From the human T2T-CHM13v2.0 reference genome, Homo sapiens: DNA of 64,000 nt. Both the position numbers and the translations under genes were made by a program. Shown one piece after another: positions 18,251 through 32,200 of the stretch; the first letter of the stretch is position 1; every line of letters starts with the position of its first letter. The stretch lies in assembly GCF_009914755.1 (NCBI RefSeq), contig NC_060930.1; one strand, 5' to 3'. The notes under the pieces are model-generated. The model worked only from the letters and a program-made list of their open reading frames with translations. It had not been told where the DNA came from and did not search any database.

Positions 18251-18789
18251 AAGAAATTGGACTCATCTTTCACACATTTAATTTAATCTTGCAACAAAAT
18301 AACCTCATAAAAAATTGAGGACTATAACTAATTTATTAATCCTTTTATAAAATGTTCTTGCATATTGACTGAGGCATTAAAGAAGCACAAAGATTACAAC
18401 GTACCCCATTCTCTTATGGTCACACAGTATTTAATTAGATAATTAAAACTGTTTAGTATGTTTCTAGTTTAAATTATTTTCCAAAGCTGTGTAAGAATAA
18501 ATCCAGCACACAAAAGAAAACACATTTTGTCCAGTTACTTTTGCTCTGACTGGATTAAGTTTTCTTCAAATATGGCAGTGACCTAATGGCCAACTCAACT
18601 TTGACTAATGAGAAACTTTTGACGATTATTCGTTTGCCTGTATACATGTGTTTTTTTGTTCCTTTCTTAGGGAACTTAAGCATACTTGAAAATAGCAAGT
18701 ACTTAAAAAACATAAGCCAGTTACAAGAATCAAGAAGATACAACATATATTAGATTTAGAAACTTGAATATGAGGCAGCTTTATAGACA

Positions 18790-19440
18790 TTGAAATACAA
18801 GGATTTCCAAAGTATAATTTTAGTGAAGAAAAGGGGGAATATAAACAGTATGCTGATATTTGTACAGAAAATACATATATTTACAATATATTTCTGGAAA
18901 TATATATCAGAGACGGCAAAGGTCTTTGTGTATTAGCCAGCTCGGCTGCCAAAAGAAAATATCATAGACTGGGTGGTTTAAACAACAGAAATACATTTTC
19001 TCACAGTTCTGGAAGCTGAAACTTTGAGATCAGGGTGCCAGCACGGTGAGGTTCTGGTGAGGCCTCTCTTTCTTCCTTGCAGATGACCATCTTCTCCATG
19101 AGGCCCCACGTGGCCTTACCTATGTATGTGCTATGGAGGCAGAGACACAGAAATCTGTCTCTTTCTTTTTATAAGGTCACCCATTCTATCGAGTTAGAAA
19201 CCCACAGTTATAATCTCACATAAAGTTAATTACCTCCTAAAAGCCCTATCTCCAAATATAGTCACACTAAGGGTAAATGTTGCAACATATGAATTTTGAG
19301 AGGGCAAAATTCAGTCTGTAGAACCTTGTCTCCAGGGAGATAATTTGCATTGCCAGGAGACAAAAAAGGGAAGGAGACGTTTCTCACTCTACTCTTTTGT
19401 AATTTCCATCTTTTAAATGTGAATGTGAAATTTACTCAGA
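18790..19440 (+). mobile_element. Ancient L1ME/L1MC 3' end split by MLT1A
   Basis: ttagtgaagaaaag..ctggaaa..tctccaggga..gggaaggagacgtttctcact..cttttgta motifs flank the LTR. Confidence 0.45.
18929..19323 (-). mobile_element. MLT1A-type MaLR solo LTR
   Basis: tgtattag..ggctgcc..gactgggtggtttaaacaacagaaat..ctcacagttctggaagctg..caacatatgaatttt; 5-bp TSD ctttg/ccttg. Confidence 0.9.
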
Positions 19441-21401
19441 AAGGTAAGTTACATAAAATTTAAATAATAGGGTTATTGTATCTACATGGTCATGTAAATA
19501 TTAAGTATCTCCATTACCATGGCATTTTACTAAATAATATATCAGAATATAATTAATTCAATAATTTTGTTTTACAGACCTAAGACACATGCATCAGTAC
19601 TTTGTTAGGTTTTGAAAAATGTCACAGAAAAATATCTGTATCCTCAGGAAGGAACAGCCCATTAAAATATTATTCAAAATCAACAAGTATATTCCAAGAT
19701 TAATTCAGCAAAAGTGGAGTGTATTTAGTAAAATTGCAAATGTTCTATTTGGAGAAAAGATTGCTTTGAAATAAAAGTTAATTCAACTCAGAGAGAAAAC
19801 AACTATAAATATTAAGGATACGATCAATAAAGTTACTAAAAATATGGCTGTGCTTATTCAAGATTTAGAATCCAAACAGAACTCATTGGGTCTAGTAACT
19901 ACTAGCCTGAAATTAGGAAGATTTGTAGACAACAAATTACAAAAGTAATTGAGAGACTAAGAAGATTTAGGACAATAAATGTAAGAATTCTCTTTTAATT
20001 GAAAACCTAATTTTGTAGAATGCTTAAAATATAACTAATCAGTCATAGATAAAATAGCATTTGTAAGTACTCTACACATTGCATTCTTTGAAGCAATTAT
20101 TAATGATTAATACTTTACTCTGTGCTGTTATTTGAATGTCATAGATCTGTATAAAAATTAAAATGAAATGAGACAGAGTCCATTCAAAATGGCATAATGC
20201 ATAATTGGATACAATTTTAACCTTGATTCCATTGTTCTATATAAAGCTACTATTTCAATTTAATATAGCTAATGTTCTAACCAGAAATTTATAATGTTAA
20301 ATACTTCATCCTAAAACTTCAAGTGTCATGTCTCCCCCAGACAGGGATATTAAAGGCCATTTTTTATCTCAAGGTAAGCCTGAAATATAGATAATATATT
20401 AATATTCCAGTATTTCAAATTGTAAGCATTAAAATGTCATCTAATGAATTTTGTGGTTAAATATAATTTGACATATTTTAATCTATTCAATTGCAATGAG
20501 TAATTTTGGCACTTTGTTTCAACTTTTAAAAAAGTGAATTTCTCATAATGGATCTCTTAAGGAATTATCTATTAACATAATTAGAAATTAATACATGTTA
20601 TTAATGGCTTAATCAAAGAAACTGTAAATTGATGTGGGACTTCTTTGCAACTTTGCTGTGGGTCTAATCAGTAATATTTCATGTACTCGTCTTCACCCAC
20701 CCCATCCTTTATTAAATATAGAGGGGAAAAAAGTGGCTCATGTAGACTAGGACTGGTTCAAGAATTTTACAAATATATGATTTATAAAGTGATATGGAGG
20801 AGAGACATGAAAGAAAAACTGACTTATTGTACAGCAAACGTTTTAAAAGCCACTTAACAAAAATTAATGCTATATTTGCTCTATTTCTATACAATCAGAA
20901 ACTATTAATAAATATATATCTTTCATCTATAATGGCCAGAATTATTCTTAGTAGGCCTCAGGAATGGTCAAAGTAAAATTTTTGCCAGGGAAACACAATA
21001 ATTGCCAATGTTCAATACTTGGTGTGCCAGTCAATGAGGGAAACAAAAATGTTGCTTTACAACAATCCCTCCTAATGTTTAATGTTACTGTTAATTGCTT
21101 TATGTAAACTCTATGATCTTAGTTCCTTAGTGATGCTCTTATTAACCAAAATCCTTGTAATACTTAAATAAGTACCTATATTCACCTAACCAAAAATGTG
21201 TATATACATCATGCTTTTATTAGTCCCATTAGTAAATAATGAAAATCATTTATAAAAATGACAAATAAATATCTGTAAAAATAAAAAAATTAGTAGCAAG
21301 GTAAATCCATTATATCTCTATTATGTATACATCCAAGTCTTTAGTGCACTGTGATTCCTATTGGTGATTTTTTTCAAAATGATTTTAAAATCTAAAAGCT
21401 T

Positions 21402-21817
<416 letters not shown>

Positions 21818-23711
21818 TTACTTCATGAATTTCTGGAGTTATGTATTAAGACATCACCCACAGTCAGGACCAGGAAACTTAATAAATAGAAATTCAGTTT
21901 TAAGATTGTCTAACGAATTTATAAATTTCCCCTTAGTCCTGTTTATAGAGGCTTAGGCAGACTAGTTTTCAAAGAACAAAGGCTAGCTCTCATGTCAACT
22001 GTATTCATTTCTGCATGTCATTCTGAACCAAAGAAATGGATGAAACTCATCTGTACTTTTGACTGAGGGAATTACATGATATTTTGCTATCATTGGAAAA
22101 CAAATAAAATGATCTTTCTTTACTTTCAACAAACCCATACACTCCCCCATCACTATCCACACACCATCATGATTCTACAGAAATAAATAAACTCATTTAG
22201 CCTATCCCAACAGAGGGATTTCACAAATTTAGAATACCATAACCAAGTAGTTTGGAATACTCCTGTACAAACATGACAGATTACATGTGTAATAAGTGAC
22301 AAAGAAATACACCTAAGAAATGTTATAATTATCCCTATTTTATGGACATTTTTTGTTTTGTTTTTTGAAAGATGTAACCACATTAAAATGTTTATGCCTA
22401 GTATCTTACTTGCAAACTCTAGGAATGACTTTATAACAATAGTAGCTAACACTCATGTTACTAATATACTGATAGTGGTATACTACTATTTCATTTCATC
22501 ACAGTAATGGCAAGCGGATTGTAATATTGATCCCTATAATGCAATTTTAAAAGTTATTTTTAAATTTAATTTAAGTTACATAAGTGACAAAAAAAGAAAT
22601 TTGAATTCCATGTCTATAACTCAAAGGTACTGTTCTAATTGTTAGATAATACTGCTGTAAAATCTTTTTAATTCCCTTCTGCTCTGGAATAAAATCTAGG
22701 TTATAATACTCCAGATTTTAAATGAGGGCTCAAGTATACTTATTTTAATATTGTTTTCTCTTAAACTAATTTGCCGTAAGAAGAATTTTATAGAGAATAT
22801 TAAATATAAAAATGCAGAGGATAGTTTAATGGTATATTTATGTCACATTTTCAGTAAGACAATTACTATGCTTTTCGTTAAGTAAGAATTACTTTATATA
22901 AGTGGTAGAAGTTTTCTTGTAGTGTTTTATACACCTTAAGGATGCCAAAAGTAAAACAAAATGGCAAGTCCGAGCCGGTATTCCACTACAAATAATATTT
23001 TAATTCTATGACTCTCATTTCATTTGGATAGCTTTGAACTCCATCTGGTCACTGACAGGAGGGAAAAAAAGTTTGAGTTTCCATTTTCATTAATATCTTC
23101 ACTTTTTAAAGTGGAAAATGGAAAGCTTCAACTGCTAACAAATCAGCAACTAATACATTCATAAATGAACCTGCTCCTATAATGGTCTAAAGTGGCTCTC
23201 TGTTTAAGAAAGCAATTGATGCAATTGGACCTTCCTATTATTTTCTTTAAATAATGAAGTTATTTGTTTTTAAAATACAAGTGCATTTATATTCACAGTT
23301 TACATGAGTGGACAATATTATATTTGGTTTTATGTTTTACACAAAATAGGGATATTGACAGAATGTTAATATGTTCATATTAACATACTACCTAACATAT
23401 CTTATGAACATATTACTTAATGTATCTTATGACCTAACATATCTTATGAACATATTACTTAAAATAAAAAAAAAAAATTTCAGACTACAGAAAATTAAAG
23501 CAGAAACTTTTGTTGACTGGATGAATTCTAAGGGTGAATAGGAAATATATTTTAGCCAGCTATGACAAATAGAGAAAAACACAACTGAAAAAGAACCCCA
23601 GCCATCTATCTTTGATACTATGTCTCTAGTTAGCTACATTAATTTAATAACTCATGGACTATTTCTGCATCATAGTCTTATTACCTGGAAAATAGGTAGG
23701 TTGTATTAGAT

Positions 23712-23908
23712 CAACAGTTCTTTGCTGGATGATTTTGCATCCCCATGGGACATTTGGCAACAGTTGAAGACATTGTTTATATCACAACAGTGGGAAGGGC
23801 GTTAGGGCTGGCAATACTGGCATCTACTAGGTAAAATGGAACAGGAGAACTCCACACAACAGAAAATTATCCAATCCAAAAGAGTAATGTCAACATTAGG
23901 AGACCCTA
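23712..23908. mobile_element. MER20 (hAT-Charlie MITE)
   Basis: gattttgc..ccc..gggacatttggcaa..gaagacatt..actggcatcta..cacaacagaaaattatcca. Confidence 0.7.
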
Positions 23909-25406
23909 GAACAGGCGGTATTTATGGTTTCTATATCTGGGATTTCAGGATGAGTTTTTTAGAGTTAATTGGGGAACATGAGGTAGAGTAAGGGGCTGAG
24001 ATGCCTTTTTACCAATTAGGTTTTTTTCAAACAAAAATTTGAAGAATTAGTAACTTTTAGTTCCAACTGAATTATCCAGAATGTTCTATAAAATACCTTC
24101 AAACGAATCATTTTTCTTTGAAAATACTACGCTAAGGCTAATCTTTCACTTTTCAATGTGGAGGTCCCCATCCAAAGTTTATGGCATTTATTTATCCAGT
24201 CTTACAATAACATCTTACGTTGCTATATAATTATAATATGAATATTATGGATGATATACATATCTTTATAATCCATTTAAATCACTTCTAAAGCATGAAT
24301 AATATATATGTCTTTTACACATGCATGTATACACACAAATACAATTTACTTATAAACCTATTAAGAAGTTAGCACTATGGGAATATTATATATATTATAT
24401 ATATATATAACATTTTTCATCTCTCTGTCTCCAAACTTTGTGATTTTATAATTTCAGTAAAAGTACAATTTTGTTCAAACTGTATTTGTATCTTATGTTT
24501 CTGTTCATGCTTCTGCAGGATATTTTACAAGATAAAAGTGTGGTCCATTGTTATTTGCTTTACTAAAGTTCTAAATTTTAAATACTACTAAGACCACCAG
24601 GAAAATACTTTCTAATTTATTAGAAAATACTTACAATAAAGCATTAATTCGATAATTCAAGAATGCCAATATAAATACATGAAATGGAACACAGTTAAAA
24701 ATAAATGTATGAACAGTCACATAAACCATTTCATGTCATCATTTTCTGTATTTACCAAAGTTATAGCTCTTTCGAATGATTATTGCTAATGTATTCATCT
24801 CTGACAAAGCACAATTATTTATTTAAATGAATGAACAAAAGAAATAAACAGACTGGCTCATTTTCATGGGTGACTGACTGAAGGAATTTAAGACTTGCTT
24901 CAATAATCCTCAATTCATGAATCTAGATGGTATAAACACATATTGATAATTTTAAAACTAAAATAATCAAAAATGTACATTAAAATATTTTTAAAATAAA
25001 CTGAATTATTATTCATGTAAAGAATTTGAAGTGATATAAAAATGTTAAATAAATAATACAATGCAATTCAGTATATTATTTCAATAACAGTTTTTAGTGT
25101 ACTCTTTGAAGCAGAAATATTATAACATTCTTTGTCATAATGAGAAGACAATTTTAAACATCTTTTCCAAATATTAAGGTTGTCTGGCATATGAGACTAC
25201 ATTTATGTGACTGTATGTTGTATTTCAATGATGAATGAGTTTTACCTAGAAAAGATTAATAGAAGATTTTAATAAAAGTAAACTATATGAGAGTCTTACA
25301 GTTATTGTTGTAAGAGCTAAAATAAAAGCTTCACTTATAGAAAAAAATACTAAAAGGTTTAGTAACTACTCAATATGAATTTGCCTGTTACTAAAATATT
25401 TTATTA

Positions 25407-25486
25407 TTAGGTTGTTGCAAAAGTAATTGTGGCTTTTACCATTACTTTTAAAGGCAAAAAGAGCAATTACTTGTGCACCTAGCTAT
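25407..25486. mobile_element. MADE1 (Hsmar1-derived 80-bp palindromic MITE)
   Basis: TA|ttaggttgttgcaaaagtaattg...gcaattacttgtgcacc; 80 bp of two inverted arms. Confidence 0.9.
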
Positions 25487-26784
25487 TCATAGAAGGAGGA
25501 AAATCAATATTTAATTTAACATTCCATGTTATGTGGCCACTCACTTATTTGGTGGTTTCAGGCTCCATTTTGGGGAATTCTACAGTTTCTTTATGGTTTC
25601 AGGAATGTCTGCATTAGGAGAGGTTGGGAGAGAGGGTATCTTGTTGGATGTAATTTCTTCATTTTACTTTAATCAAAATAGTTTCTCTTGTAACTATACA
25701 CATAGAGAATTTCAGAAGAGGCTTTTAACTGAACAGAAGGATTTATAGAACAACAACAAAGGTAGATAATTTCAAATTAATATGGTAATATGCACTGCTC
25801 TTACACTGATCTCTTGGTCAAGTAATTTAAAACAAGAATTAAAAACTAAAATTGAAATTTAGGTAATTAAATTCTATGAATAATTTTATAACCAAAAGGG
25901 GCAACTATTGAGATGCTGGAGATTAAGGGTATCCTATCTTAAGGAATGTAGCCATTGTGGAATTAGGACAGCACTTTTAAATGTAGAACATACCTGCATT
26001 TGTTTCTTGTCAAGTTCACCATTAGAGACAAAACTGATTGTCAGAACTGTGGAACATTTGAGTAGCAACATACTTTTTATACTGACAATTAGGTTGAAAC
26101 AACCGAAGAATGAAACGCATAAAGAAGTGTGTTCATGCCCACCACAGAATAAGAATTGCACTTAAAAAGTTAAGGAAATATAATTTTGATAGGAAAATAT
26201 TTGTTATTAGAGAGAATAAAGAAATTTTGTAAAGTAAAAAATAAACCCATTGACATATTGAGTAGTAGTGTGTACATTCCCTGTCCAATTCTATTACAAG
26301 CAAGTCTAAATCTAGAGCCACTAAAATTTCTATGATAGACAGTTTATCTTTAACTAGATGTATTTTTTCTGTTCAACTAAAATGCCTTAGTAATTTCAGT
26401 ACGATTTTTTTTCTTAGATGTCAAACATCTTTTAAAATTCAAGTTATGGATCACTTAACTCTAAATACATGCTTTTATTTTATTTCCAAAGCTTAGAAGA
26501 CAAAGATTATTAAAATCTGAGTGTTCAAATATAAAATATCTTGAAGTATATGCATTAAATGTTCCATATTTTAGGCTACCATTGAGAAGATGTTTCTCTA
26601 AGCAACATTTGATAAGACTAATCATGAAACTAAACAGCCAGCTGTTTAGATTATAGTACAATCCTTGCTGCCATGTATAACACTATTATCATCATTGGTT
26701 TTATAATCCTTTGGCTCAACTTACTACTTACTGGAGATAGCCGAAGAGAACTAACAAAGCTTTTAATGTGATGGTGTTAAAAGG

Positions 26785-27156
26785 TGATATGGTTCAGTTG
26801 TGTCCCCACCCAAATCTCATCTTAAATTGTAGTTCCCATAATCCCCAGGTATCGTGAGAGGGACCCCATGGGAGGTAATTGAATCGTGGGGGCCATGTCC
26901 CCAGTGCTATTCTCATGATAGTGAGAAAGTTCTCATGAGATCTGATGGTTTTTGTAAGGGGCTTCCCCCTTCCCTTAGCTCTCTCCTTCCTGCCGCCATG
27001 TGAAGAAAGAGGTGATTGCTTCCCCTTCTGCCGTGACTGCAAATTTCCTGGGGCCTCTTCAGCCCTGCAGATCTGTGAGTCAATTAAACTGCCTTCCTTT
27101 ATAAATACTCAGTCTCAGGTATGTCTTCATTGGCAGTGTGAGAATGGACTTACACG
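26785..27156 (+). mobile_element. THE1 (THE1D-like) MaLR solo LTR
   Basis: tgatatggtt..gtgtccccacccaaatctcatctt..tgtgagtcaattaaac; perfect 5-bp TSD aaagg at 26780-26784 and 27157-27161. Confidence 0.92.
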
Positions 27157-29639
27157 AAAGGCGAACATAAATCCCTTTCTATTGGGACAACAGTATTTGG
27201 AGTTAAGAGTTAAAAAGAAAACATAAAAGGATGAACTGTAAACCTTCATTCAAAAATAAAACAGCATATTATATTACACTTTCATATGCAATAATATTTT
27301 TAAAAGTTCAATGTAAGTATAAATTTGTGTGAGATATAACCAACTTATTATAGTTGTAGTTTCATAAATTAAAAGATGTGGATGAAGTTCCAAGATTTGA
27401 AATTACTACGCTTTTATTATCAAAGTTAAAGATGGCAGAGTAATAATAATTATCTTAAGTTTGAACAATAAATCATTCAGAGGGTGGTGCCCAGCTGGTT
27501 GTTTACTTTTCCCCTTAGAGAAGATTGAGGAAATAGTATTAAGATTTACTATTAGAAAGATGTTTAGAAGAATAATTTTGTGACAGTGATTAAATTCTAA
27601 AATCCTTGATCCAAAAGGGAATTGAGAGTATGAAATTAGATAATGAAATTTCCTGCTGTGTATCACATGCCATCACTGAATAAATTCTCTTGCCACATAT
27701 TTTTGTATTGTGTTTCTTTTCCTCTGTGTCATAAACTTCTATCCACCTCATTTAACATTTTTACTGATTTTTTTCTCCCATAAATCATATTCTTATTGTG
27801 CCAAATACTATTAATATAAAATCTAACAGGCTAACATAAAGAAAGAGATGTCACTTTATCCTTAGAGGTATCTCCAGATGTGGGCCTGTCATGTGGCGGG
27901 GGGAGTATCTGCTGAGCCTCTTAAGACTGTGGAGATGGCAGAAGCAGTTTTATGCCTCTGAGGTCTCAGCAAATTGGCATCAGTCACACTTACCTGTCTG
28001 TTTCCTTCACTGATCTCTTTTAAACTATTTCTAAACCTTCCCCCTGTCCATATCGTGCCTCTGTATTCGAAATATAATATTATTAGACACAGAATTTTAC
28101 TTAAAAATACCTACTCACAGGAAAATAATGAGACTTTCTCAAAGAAAGATCATTCCTATATTTTTGGCAAAGGGATGGGCTCCTCTGGGAAGCCTTTCAG
28201 AGAGCTACATTGACACATTTGTATAAAAATAAATGAAACAGTATTCATCATAACTACGTGTCTCTTGCAGGATTCTATAACTCCTAAACTAACATTCTGC
28301 AGATGGCATGCCAATGTGTTCAAGAGGGATCATATATAATTTGGATAGTTTTGATATATTAATAGGATATATACATCAGGCTTTCTTTTTAAAAAGTGAA
28401 ATATATATGATCTTAGAGGCAAATCAATGACTTTTATATTTTTGAAACCCCTAAATTAACTTTTTAAGCCAAATGAGGCTATTATATAATAGTCATCATT
28501 CTTTAAAAGTTTCTACTTCCATTTCTTCCCCTCCTGATAAGTTTATTTTCTCCTGTATCACACCACTCAAATTTCTAGTAACCTCTTAACTTCCAAAAGG
28601 AATAATGGTGTGTTCCTCATGCCCTGTGACTTCCTACCAGGATTTGCTTACAGTCACTATCCCTGAATGGAAACTATTTTTCTCTGATCCCAAGATCCTA
28701 AGCAGAGCATTGTGTGTATGTTGTACTCTACTTCCAACCAACCCTTTAAAGCACCAGGCACTCTGCATGTTGCATTCTGGCCAGAGTGCACTGCTTTGAA
28801 TTCCTCTCATTTGACTCTTTGACGATCCTTACTCAGTGCTCTTCTTCAGCCTGTTTCGTCAGTCTGCAATTATCTTTTTCTTCTTTACCTCCAGTTGAAA
28901 TTTTACTTCTATTTCAATATCTATTTTAAATACTTTCTCCTTCTAATGATTACCCTCACACCCACTTAAGTACACACACTTGTACACACACTCACTACCT
29001 CTCTAGGTAGAAATGGTTGATTCTTATCTTGAATTCTGCTTGTACTCTCACGTAGCAAATTTTTTCAAACAGCCAATATATAAACTTCAATTGGACTTAT
29101 CGCTGTATTGAAGGCCCAGATTATTATTTTTTAGAAATTGGCTACATTCTAGAATGCCTAGAAAACCAAACTAGATTGTATACTTAAAAAAATTAAATTA
29201 AATCTTAAAAGTACATATTAATATTTCTAATAATTCAGCTAAGAAAAAACACTTTCTCTGAATGTAGCATTTTACCATTTTCCTGACATTTCTATTTTCT
29301 AATGTATTAGAAATAAATGTTAAAGGTTTTGGGGGGTGATAATGGCCTATGTTTTAACTTCGGCTTAATGTTTATTAATGTGTTACTTCTGAAATCAATT
29401 ATTTCTATAATTGTTAAATATGTCTTTATAATGTCTACAATTGTTAAATATATCTTTATAATTTAAAAAATCATATGCTGAAAGCAAAACCATTGGCAAA
29501 ATGAACGCGTTGGACATTTTTAAAGCATATAAGAAAGAAAGAAAGGATTACAGCACAATACTAGAGACCTTAGTGCTTAATAAAATTCTATGTGTTTTCC
29601 CACAATTCCACTTTAATATTAAGTGTAATTGTAAAATGA

Positions 29640-29820
29640 TTCTGAAGATGTAGCAAGATGAGTGTCAATTATAGGCAAAAGCCAGGAAAGGGTAGCATGG
29701 AACCTTCTAGTTCTTTCTTCCACTACCACAGTACCCAATGAAGCAATGTGCAACAGATGGTAGAGGCTCCATCAACCTGAAGCAGAATATCCTGCTGCCT
29801 ACAATACACATAGACATATC
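29640..29820 (+). mobile_element. Old ERVL LTR fragment (LTR33/LTR16-like)
   Basis: cagatggtagaggctccatcaacctg..agcaga resembles the LTR33-type 3' region. Confidence 0.35.
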
Positions 29821-29829
29821 AACACAAAA

Positions 29830-30701
29830 CTTTTTCTTTTTAAATTTTTAACTGACACGTAATATTTATACATATTTATGGGATACAGTGTGATGTTTCA
29901 ATACATGTATAAAATATGTAATTATTAGGGTAACTAGCATATCTATAACCTCAAATATTTATCATTTCTTTGTGGTGAGAACATTCCAAATTCTCTTTTC
30001 TACCTATTTAAAAATATACACTATATTATTGTTAACTATAGTCACTTGACTGTACAACAGAACACTAAACATTATTCTTGCTATCTCACTGTAACTTTGT
30101 ACCCACTGGACAACTTCTTATTCCCCCACTCCCAAATCCCTCTAGGCCTCTGCTAGCAACTATTCTACTCTTTACTTCTAGAAGATCAACTTTTGAAGAT
30201 TCCGTTTATGAGATCACGTGGTATTTGTCTTTCTATGCCTGGCTTGTTTCACTTAACATATTGTCCTCCAGGCAATTTCGTGTTGCCTCAAAAAACAGAA
30301 TTTTAATGTTTTTTTTTTATGGCTGCATAATATTACATTGGGTAAATATACCACTTTTTTTTTTTATCCATTCTTCAGTTGATGGACACTTAGATTCCAT
30401 AACTTGGCTATTGTGAATAGTGCTACAATAAACATAAGAGTTCAGATATTTCTTCATCATATTTATTTCATTTCCTGTGAATATATACCCAGTGCTGGGA
30501 TTGCTATATCATACTAAAGTTCAATTTTTAATTATTTGAGGGATCTCCATACTTTTTTCCAAAATGGCTGCACTAATTTACATTCCCACCAACAGTGTGT
30601 GAAGGTTCCCCTTTCTCACCACATGGCCTCTCCAACATTTGTTATTTTTTGTCTTTTGATAATAGCCATTGAAGGTGAGGTGAGATGGTATTTTACAGTG
30701 G
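29830..30701 (-). mobile_element. L1MA-type 3' end
   Basis: acatatttatgggatacagtgtgatgtttcaatacatg, ttgttaactatagtcac, ggctgcactaatttacattcccaccaacagtg. Confidence 0.9.
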
Positions 30702-30830
30702 TTTGTTTGCTTGTTTTGAGACAGGGTCTCACTCTGTCACCCAGGCTGGAATACAGTGGTGCCATCACAGCTTATTGCAGCCCTGACTCCATCTCAATCA
30801 ATCCTCCCCCCTCAGCCTCCCAAGTAGCTA
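30702..30830 (-). mobile_element. AluJ right-arm fragment
   Basis: ttttgagacagggtctcactctgtcacccaggctgg..cctcagcctcccaagtagct. Confidence 0.85.
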
Positions 30831-30848
30831 CTTACTATATACTTAATC

Positions 30849-30896
30849 TGTGTGTGTGTGTGTATGTGTATATATATGTGTGTGCCTGTGTGTGTT
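30849..30896. repeat. (TG)n/(TA)n microsatellite
   Basis: Direct inspection. Confidence 0.9.
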
Positions 30897-31149
30897 TCTC
30901 ATAATGCCTTTCCATAATGTAAGGAACATATTGGGAAGGTCCTTGGAATTACAGTAAACACAATACATTTAAAAGAAAACAACCCATTTCATAGTTCTAG
31001 ATATTATCTTTTCTCTTTCTCTTTCTAGTTCTTGGTTTATTTTCTTGCCTTTTTAGACTAAATCTCTGACTCACTTTTTGAAGCTCCTAATAATGCAAAA
31101 ATTTCTTCTGAATTTACTAATTTAACCTCTTTTGTTATATTCACCCACA

Positions 31150-31503
31150 CATTATATGCATGTCACCATTCTCTCTGTCTGGAATAATCTTTCCCCTGAT
31201 TTTTGCCTGGTTATGTACTACTGATTCTTCAGCTATCACTTGACATGCCTTTGCGTTGGAAAACCTCTGGGTCCTGGACTTATATACTCTCTCATAATTT
31301 GCATTCTTAACTCTTTTTATTCTTAACAAAATTGAAAATTAAATTATTTTTTATATTTAATAAGGCATTTCTGTATCCACCATTAAGCCATATGCTACCT
31401 AAAGACAAGCACCATGTGTCATTATCTCTGACATATCTTGTCACAGGCAAGCACAGTGCTATGATGAGAACATAATAGATACACAAAAGCATGTGATGGA
31501 TAA
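31150..31503 (+). mobile_element. L2 3' end
   Basis: ttctctctgtctggaataatctttccc..aagacaagcaccatgtgtc..gcacagtgc..taatagatacacaaaa. Confidence 0.6.
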
Positions 31504-31984
31504 CTGCAGTACCTTATAATCAACTATTTTGAAAATGGTATTTCTAGGCTAATCATACTTAGCATCATTGTATCAATTTGTATGTTCATCTTAATATTCA
31601 CTAATTTTGATCATTTTTTCAAAACACATTTCTATTCTATAGCTTTCACTTTTCATAGTTAATTTAAAGTTTTCTAAAAAATGAACATTTTCATAACTTT
31701 AAAAAAAGCCTTTATCAATTATTCTAACAGCATTCAGAGTAAAAGGCAACTTAATTTGATTGATTAATTTTGGATTTAGTTAAGTTAGAAGTTGCCAAAT
31801 TATAATATAGTATATAACTGAATTTTATATATGTTAGATATTTACAAATTATGCATTGAATTCAAGTTTTAATATTTAACATCTGGTAACTTTTATGAAA
31901 CAGATATTTTATTACTATATTTCAAAGTTTCCTGTTTTATTGCATTTTATTTACTTGAAATAAATAAACAACTGAAATACAGGA

Positions 31985-32200
31985 TGAAGATAACAACAAA
32001 ACTCACAGCTAACATTTATCATGAGCAGGTATAGGATAAGTGATTGACATATGCTATCTTATGTAACCCTCACAACCACCCAGAGGGGTAAACGCCACTA
32101 TTCTCATTTAGACATGAGGAAACTATAGTCATAACTAGGTATCCAGTTCTAAAAAAGGAGCTTAACTCAAATGCTTGAGGCCCTGCCATGATGCACCACT
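31985..32200 (-). mobile_element. MIR
   Basis: gctaacatttat..aaccctcacaaccacc..cattt..atgaggaaact. Confidence 0.7.
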
